This document shows, one piece after another, positions 59,394 through 64,000 of a DNA stretch of 64,000 bases. Below the pieces are notes generated by a model. It worked only from the letters and a program-made list of their open reading frames with translations. It did no database searches and had not been told where the DNA came from. The position numbers were made by a program, and so were the translations under genes. Positions within the stretch are counted from its first letter, which is position 1, and each line of letters starts with the position of its first letter. This DNA comes from Nannocystales bacterium (GTDB taxonomy: Bacteria; Myxococcota_A; Polyangia; Nannocystales; Nannocystaceae): NCBI GenBank assembly GCA_050633305.1, contig JBOEGF010000007.1, positions 192,001-256,000 of the forward strand. Reading direction: 5' to 3'.

Positions 59394-60157
59394 CCACGCT
59401 TCGCATCCTCTCCTCGCTCGCCTTCGCGGCGACGCTCGTCCTCGGTGGTTGCAACAAGAAGAGCGCCGGCCCCGATCCCAAGTACGACAAGCCGGTCGCA
59501 CACATGAACGACGTCGACGACGCCCACGCTGAGCTGGCGCGTGGCGATGGCGACCGGGTTCGGGCGACGTACAAGCCGACCGACGGTATTCGGGGCGCCG
59601 CTGAGCCGCTGGTCACCATCGTCGAGTACAGCGACTTTCAGTGCCCGTTCTGCGGCACCTTCGCGCAGACCGTGCACGAACTCGAGGCGGTCTATCCCGA
59701 AGACCTGCGTGTCGTGTTCCATCAGTTCCCGATGCCCATGCATCCCCAGGCACCCCTCGCTGCCAAGGCTGCCATCGCAGCCCAGACGCAGGGACGGTTT
59801 TGGGCGATGCACGACCACATGTTTGCGCATCGGGCCTCGTTGTCCCGAGAGCAGCTCGTCGAGGCCGCCGGTTCCTTGGGCCTGGACAAGGCGCAGTTCG
59901 AGACCGACCTCGACAGCGAGGAGACCGAAGCGCGACTCAAGCTCGAGAAAACTCTGGGTCGCCGGTTGGGGGTCCGCGGAACCCCATCGTTCTTCATCAA
60001 CGGGCGGAGTTTCTCCGGCGCGATGGATGCTCAAGCGCTCGGCGCGATCATCGATGAAGAGCGCGCGTTCGCGAAGAAGCTGATGGACGCTGGCGTGCCA
60101 CGCAACGAGGTCTACGCCCGAATCATGCGTGCGGCGAAGGTCGCCGGCGCGCGCTGA
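59390..60157 (+). CDS. DsbA-like lipoprotein
   Basis: Lipobox LGGC; EYSDFQCPFC, GVRGTPSFFING; GTGA overlap. Confidence 0.92.
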   Translation: MTTLRILSSLAFAATLVLGGCNKKSAGPDPKYDKPVAHMNDVDDAHAELARGDGDRVRATYKPTDGIRGAAEPLVTIVEYSDFQCPFCGTFAQTVHELEAVYPEDLRVVFHQFPMPMHPQAPLAAKAAIAAQTQGRFWAMHDHMFAHRASLSREQLVEAAGSLGLDKAQFETDLDSEETEARLKLEKTLGRRLGVRGTPSFFINGRSFSGAMDAQALGAIIDEERAFAKKLMDAGVPRNEVYARIMRAAKVAGAR

Positions 60158-60170
60158 GAGGCCCGATTTC

Positions 60171-61580
60171 ATGAGCGAGTCCCCCGAGACCACCGAGTCC
60201 ACTGACGACAAGAAGTCCAGTTCCGGGCCCCTGATGGGGGTGTTGGCGTTCCTCATGGCGCTGGGCTTGGGGTTCCTCATTGGCCGGGTCGTACAAGACG
60301 ACTTCGACGGCCCACCCGTCCTCGACGATGACACCCGCTACGACGTGGACCTACGCGGGGACGAGCCAGTCCGTGGTCCCGAGAACCCGCTGGTCACCGT
60401 TGTCGAGTTCGCGGACTACCAGTGCCCGTACTGTGCGCGGGCCCGCCAGCCTCTCGAGGATGCGATGGCGAAGCGCGACGACGACGTCCGCCTCATCTAC
60501 AAGCACTTCCCGCTCCCGGGTCACCGGCTCGCATTGCCGGCGGCGAAGGCCGCTTGGGCCGCGCATCAGCAGGGCAAGTTTTGGGAGATGCACAAGGACC
60601 TGTTCGAGGCCAACTCCTCGGTCAAGGACATCGCCGCGCGTGCGGAGGCGATGGGGATGGATCCCGAGGTGTTTCTTCGCGACTACGCCAGTCCGGCCGC
60701 AGCGAAGGCGGTCGATGATGACATGCTCGCCGGCGCCAAGCTGGGTGTGACGGGTACGCCGGTCTTCTATGTCAACGGGCATCGCTACGTGGGCTTTCGG
60801 GACAAGGGGCAGTGGACCGAGGTCCTCGAGTTCGAGGCCGACAACGCTGAGCGACTGATCGACGCGGGGACGCCCAAAGAGGGCGTGTACGCGAAGCTCA
60901 TGCAGGGCGCAGTGAAGCAGCGCCGCAGCCGAGATCCCAATCCGCCCAAGCCCGCGCCGCAGCCTGGCGGCCTCGACCCCGACGTCACCTATCGTGTCGA
61001 TGTCGCGGGCCGACCCGCGCTGGGCCCTGCCGACGCCTTGGTCACCGTCGCCGTCTTCAGCGACTTTCAGTGCCCCTACTGCGGTCGGATCGCGCCGTCG
61101 CTACGCGAGCTTGCCGAGTTGGAGAAGGGGGTGCGTGTGGTCTCGATGCAGCTCCCGATCCCTTCGCACCCGCGCGCTCATGATGCGGCGAAGGCCGCGC
61201 TGGCTGCACAGAAACAGGGCAAGTATTGGGAGATGCACGACAAGCTGTTCGAGGTCCGGGAGTCTCTCGGGTCGGCCGACTTCTCCGCGATCGCGGAGGA
61301 GTTGGGCCTCGATGTCACGCAGTTCGAAGCAGACCTGCAGGACGAGGCGATCGAGGAGCAGGTTCGAGCGGACGTCGAGATGGCGCGAGACCTGGGCGTT
61401 CGCTCGACCCCGGCCACATTCGTCAACGGACACTACGTTCGAGGTGCTGTTCCCATCAAGACGCTCCGTCAGGCCGTCGCAGCGCAGCGTCCAATGGCGC
61501 AGGCGCTCGTCGACGCGGGGACGCCGATGGCGGGCGTCTATGAGGCGCTCATGGCCGAAGCCGCCGTGGCTGAGCAATGA
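60171..61580 (+). CDS. Membrane-anchored protein with two DsbA-like domains
   Basis: N-terminal TM; CPYC twice, GTP and STP cis-Pro loops. Confidence 0.9.
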   Translation: MSESPETTESTDDKKSSSGPLMGVLAFLMALGLGFLIGRVVQDDFDGPPVLDDDTRYDVDLRGDEPVRGPENPLVTVVEFADYQCPYCARARQPLEDAMAKRDDDVRLIYKHFPLPGHRLALPAAKAAWAAHQQGKFWEMHKDLFEANSSVKDIAARAEAMGMDPEVFLRDYASPAAAKAVDDDMLAGAKLGVTGTPVFYVNGHRYVGFRDKGQWTEVLEFEADNAERLIDAGTPKEGVYAKLMQGAVKQRRSRDPNPPKPAPQPGGLDPDVTYRVDVAGRPALGPADALVTVAVFSDFQCPYCGRIAPSLRELAELEKGVRVVSMQLPIPSHPRAHDAAKAALAAQKQGKYWEMHDKLFEVRESLGSADFSAIAEELGLDVTQFEADLQDEAIEEQVRADVEMARDLGVRSTPATFVNGHYVRGAVPIKTLRQAVAAQRPMAQALVDAGTPMAGVYEALMAEAAVAEQ

Positions 61581-62482
61581 GTGCAGATTCTGCTACCGTC
61601 CGAGGCGTGAGCGAGGCGAAGCCCCAGGCCCGGACCGGTCCCGATGCGTTCGGGATGCTCGTCTATGTGCTGTACATCGGCGTGGGCGGTCTGTTGGTCT
61701 TCATGTTCGCGTGGTCGCTGCGCGGTGCCGTCGAGACTCAGAACGCGTCGATCTGTGGCGCGCTTCGACCCGAGTTTCGCTCCCGGGTCACTCCGACGGT
61801 CACCCGCGGCGGGAGCCCGGTCTCCGACGCCGTGTTCAACCCCGACGCGAAGGGGAACGGTGTGGGCACGACGAGCCAGTCCGGTGAACTCTCGTTGCTG
61901 CTCCCGCACGGTCCCCAAGAGATCGTCGTCGTTGCCCCTGGGATGGAGGAGCCCGTACGGTTCGCGCTCGACCTGCCCGGGAGCGAAGAGCTTGCTGTCG
62001 CGTTCGACCTCGACACCGGAGTCGCATCGATCGGCGAGCGCGAGCCGTTCATGGCCCCCGAGTTCACCGCCCAAGATCTCGAGGGCAACGAAGTCTCGTT
62101 GGCGGACTTCCGCGGCAAGTTGGTGCTCGTCAACTTCTGGGCGACCTGGTGCGAGCCCTGCATTACCGAGTGGCCCCAGTTTGACCAACTCGCCCAACGG
62201 CTCGGTGACCGGGACGATGTCGTCATCCTGGCTGTGAGCATCGATGAGAAGCGGGAGGATGTCGCTCCGTTCCTCGAGCGAATGTCGTTGCAGGGGACCG
62301 GCGTGAAGGTGCTCTGGGACCCTTCAACCTCGATCAACAAGGCGTACGGCAGCGACAAGATTCCCGACTCGTTCTTTGTCGACGAGAACGGGAAACTCTC
62401 CTCGGCATTCGTCAACGTGCGCAAGTGGGGCAACCCCGAGGCGTATCACTGCGTGGACGGAACCGTCGGCCTCGGAAAATAG
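61577..62482 (+). CDS. TlpA/ResA-like redoxin with N-terminal TM
   Basis: APEFT..DL.G..VSL.DFRGK.VLVNFWATWCEPC, IP.SFFVD..G; ATGA overlap. Confidence 0.9.
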   Translation: MSADSATVRGVSEAKPQARTGPDAFGMLVYVLYIGVGGLLVFMFAWSLRGAVETQNASICGALRPEFRSRVTPTVTRGGSPVSDAVFNPDAKGNGVGTTSQSGELSLLLPHGPQEIVVVAPGMEEPVRFALDLPGSEELAVAFDLDTGVASIGEREPFMAPEFTAQDLEGNEVSLADFRGKLVLVNFWATWCEPCITEWPQFDQLAQRLGDRDDVVILAVSIDEKREDVAPFLERMSLQGTGVKVLWDPSTSINKAYGSDKIPDSFFVDENGKLSSAFVNVRKWGNPEAYHCVDGTVGLGK

Positions 62483-62547
62483 ACCGACGGGCAATGGTGT
62501 CCTCTTGGGACACTCCATCCCCGCGTCGAAGGCGGGTCCCACCGGCG

Positions 62548-63513
62548 TCAGCGCGGGTCGGCCAGCCACGCCAGCAGCTGCGCGGGCAGGGTGGGGGGCG
62601 CGTGGGAAGACAGCTGCGGCGCTGGGAGTCCGACGTGGCCGCCGCGGTCGAGCATGACCGTGCGCAGCGACTCTCCAGCGGCGTTCAGTGAGGGCAACAC
62701 GGCTGGACCGGGGACCATCGGATCGAACGGCGAGCCGACGTACAGGGCTGGGCAGGCGAGGTCGCGCAGGTGGGGCCCGACGCTCATGCTGCGGTGATAG
62801 TCGGTCACGTCGGTGAACCCGAAACGGGGCACGACGACGGTGCGGTCCCAGTCGCGAATGGTGCGGACCGCATCGACGGTTTCCCACGAGGACGGGACCC
62901 GGGGACCCGAGCCGTGGCGATCGACGACGGCCAGGTAGGCGTCTTTGAGGGCTCCCAGCACGTGGTGGCGGTACGGAAATGCACGCGTGCGGTCGATCGC
63001 TTCGCAAGAGGTGGCGAGGTCGAGCGGGGCACTCACCGCCACGACGGCTTTGAGTTGCTCGAGCGGTTCGAGGGCGAGGCGGAGCGTCGCATGTCCGCCC
63101 AACGAGACGCCCACGACGTGAAGCGTCTCGTGCCTGGCGAGCTCGGGGCTCCGCAGCGCGGCGCGGAGGTCTTGCGCGAGGCCTGCGTGGTAGACGTCCT
63201 CACCATCACCGTTTGCGCCGCGCAGGTCGATGCGCAGACTTGACCAGCCCCGGTCTGCGGCAGCCTTCGCCAGCCCGCGGCAGTAGCCGCTTTGTGACGA
63301 CCCCCCGAGGCCGTGAACGATCAACACCGCGTCCCGTTCGTCCGCCGATCGGGCATAATGGCCGGTCAGACGAGCGGTGTCACCGGCGGTTCCCGGAACA
63401 TCGAGGGCCCACGCCGTGCTGGCGGGAACCTCGACCGGCTGGACCCGATGGCGCGCGTCGGCGAGAATTGTCCAGGCGTGTCCTCCTAGGACACCCGCGA
63501 TGTGCCGGAGCAT
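62548..63513 (-). CDS. YheT-like alpha/beta hydrolase
   Basis: HGLGGSS.S.Y, YHAG, GVSLGG, DP.V, GGHVG. Confidence 0.88.
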   Translation of the reverse strand: MLRHIAGVLGGHAWTILADARHRVQPVEVPASTAWALDVPGTAGDTARLTGHYARSADERDAVLIVHGLGGSSQSGYCRGLAKAAADRGWSSLRIDLRGANGDGEDVYHAGLAQDLRAALRSPELARHETLHVVGVSLGGHATLRLALEPLEQLKAVVAVSAPLDLATSCEAIDRTRAFPYRHHVLGALKDAYLAVVDRHGSGPRVPSSWETVDAVRTIRDWDRTVVVPRFGFTDVTDYHRSMSVGPHLRDLACPALYVGSPFDPMVPGPAVLPSLNAAGESLRTVMLDRGGHVGLPAPQLSSHAPPTLPAQLLAWLADPR

Positions 63514-63516
63514 CGG

Positions 63517-63999
63517 CTACTCGATGACGGCGTTGCCGGCTTGGTCGGACGTGTACCCACCTTCGACGAGGCCGTCGAGGTCGCAGTAGACCCACGTTGC
63601 ACCGCCGTCTCCGGAGACCCGGGCTGCGTAGTCGTACGTGCCCACGTCGCCGAATTGCAGGTCGCCTTGGTATTCGTCGTTGTCGGGCTGTCCTACGTCG
63701 TTGCCGTTCCAGCCGACGTTCCCGGCACCCGATACCCAGCTCCAACCATCGACAGCAGGGTCGGAGGCGTCCGCGCCATACCCGAATTCGACTTCCAGCA
63801 AGGCGTCCGAGTCGTTCCCCGGCGTTTGGTCCGTGAGTCCTTCGACGTAGAGGCGGGCGTATACCGTCGTGACGGTCACGGTGCTCCCCTCGATTGTTCC
63901 GGGGAACTGGAGGTTGCACCACTCGACGTCCCACGCGGCACTGCCGGTGGTGCCATCGCTCGTCGAGCTCGACGTGCTGGTGGTCCCCGACGACGAGGT
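63517..63999 (-). CDS. C-terminal part of a secreted protein (Ser/Thr linker plus Ig/CBM-like domain), truncated by the window end
   Basis: Frame open to the window edge: TSSSGTT..WCNLQFP..VYARLY..NDEY..YDYAARVS.DGG.TW.YCD. Confidence 0.7.
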   Translation of the reverse strand, partial: TSSSGTTSTSSSTSDGTTGSAAWDVEWCNLQFPGTIEGSTVTVTTVYARLYVEGLTDQTPGNDSDALLEVEFGYGADASDPAVDGWSWVSGAGNVGWNGNDVGQPDNDEYQGDLQFGDVGTYDYAARVSGDGGATWVYCDLDGLVEGGYTSDQAGNAVIE

Positions 64000-64000
64000 G

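Overview
High-GC bacterial chromosomal segment. Gene content points to a myxobacterium (inference: TM Ser/Thr kinase-TPR, Cys-rich lipoproteins with Thr/Asp-rich linkers, DsbA expansion). About 58 CDS, tRNA-Asn(GTT) and tRNA-Gly(GCC) are supportable; I found no CRISPR array, integrase or transposase. Main modules: MATE pump; kinase plus LytS/LytTR; typA; Tat-exported PaoABC-like molybdoenzyme with a fused Fe-S/Mo subunit and a small Cys-rich ORF; two ECF sigma modules; TetR/ABA4-like pair with a clear operator; TsdA-like diheme cytochrome-DM13 lipoprotein; USP plus ion transporter; CDF; beta-carbonic anhydrase; a carotenoid-oxygenase/lipocalin/PaaN/beta-oxidation operon; desaturase/PaaX-like pair; AGMO-like sterol desaturase; wzc-wzx-wzy; argC-argJ-argR; and a four-gene DsbA/TlpA cluster. 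Best novelty candidates: ArgJ fused to an apparently inactive NAGK-like domain, the TsdA-like/DM13 fusion, the oxygenase-to-beta-oxidation operon, the Cys-rich molybdoenzyme partner, and two structured intergenic regions. All family calls come from motif recognition by eye; no database searches were run.
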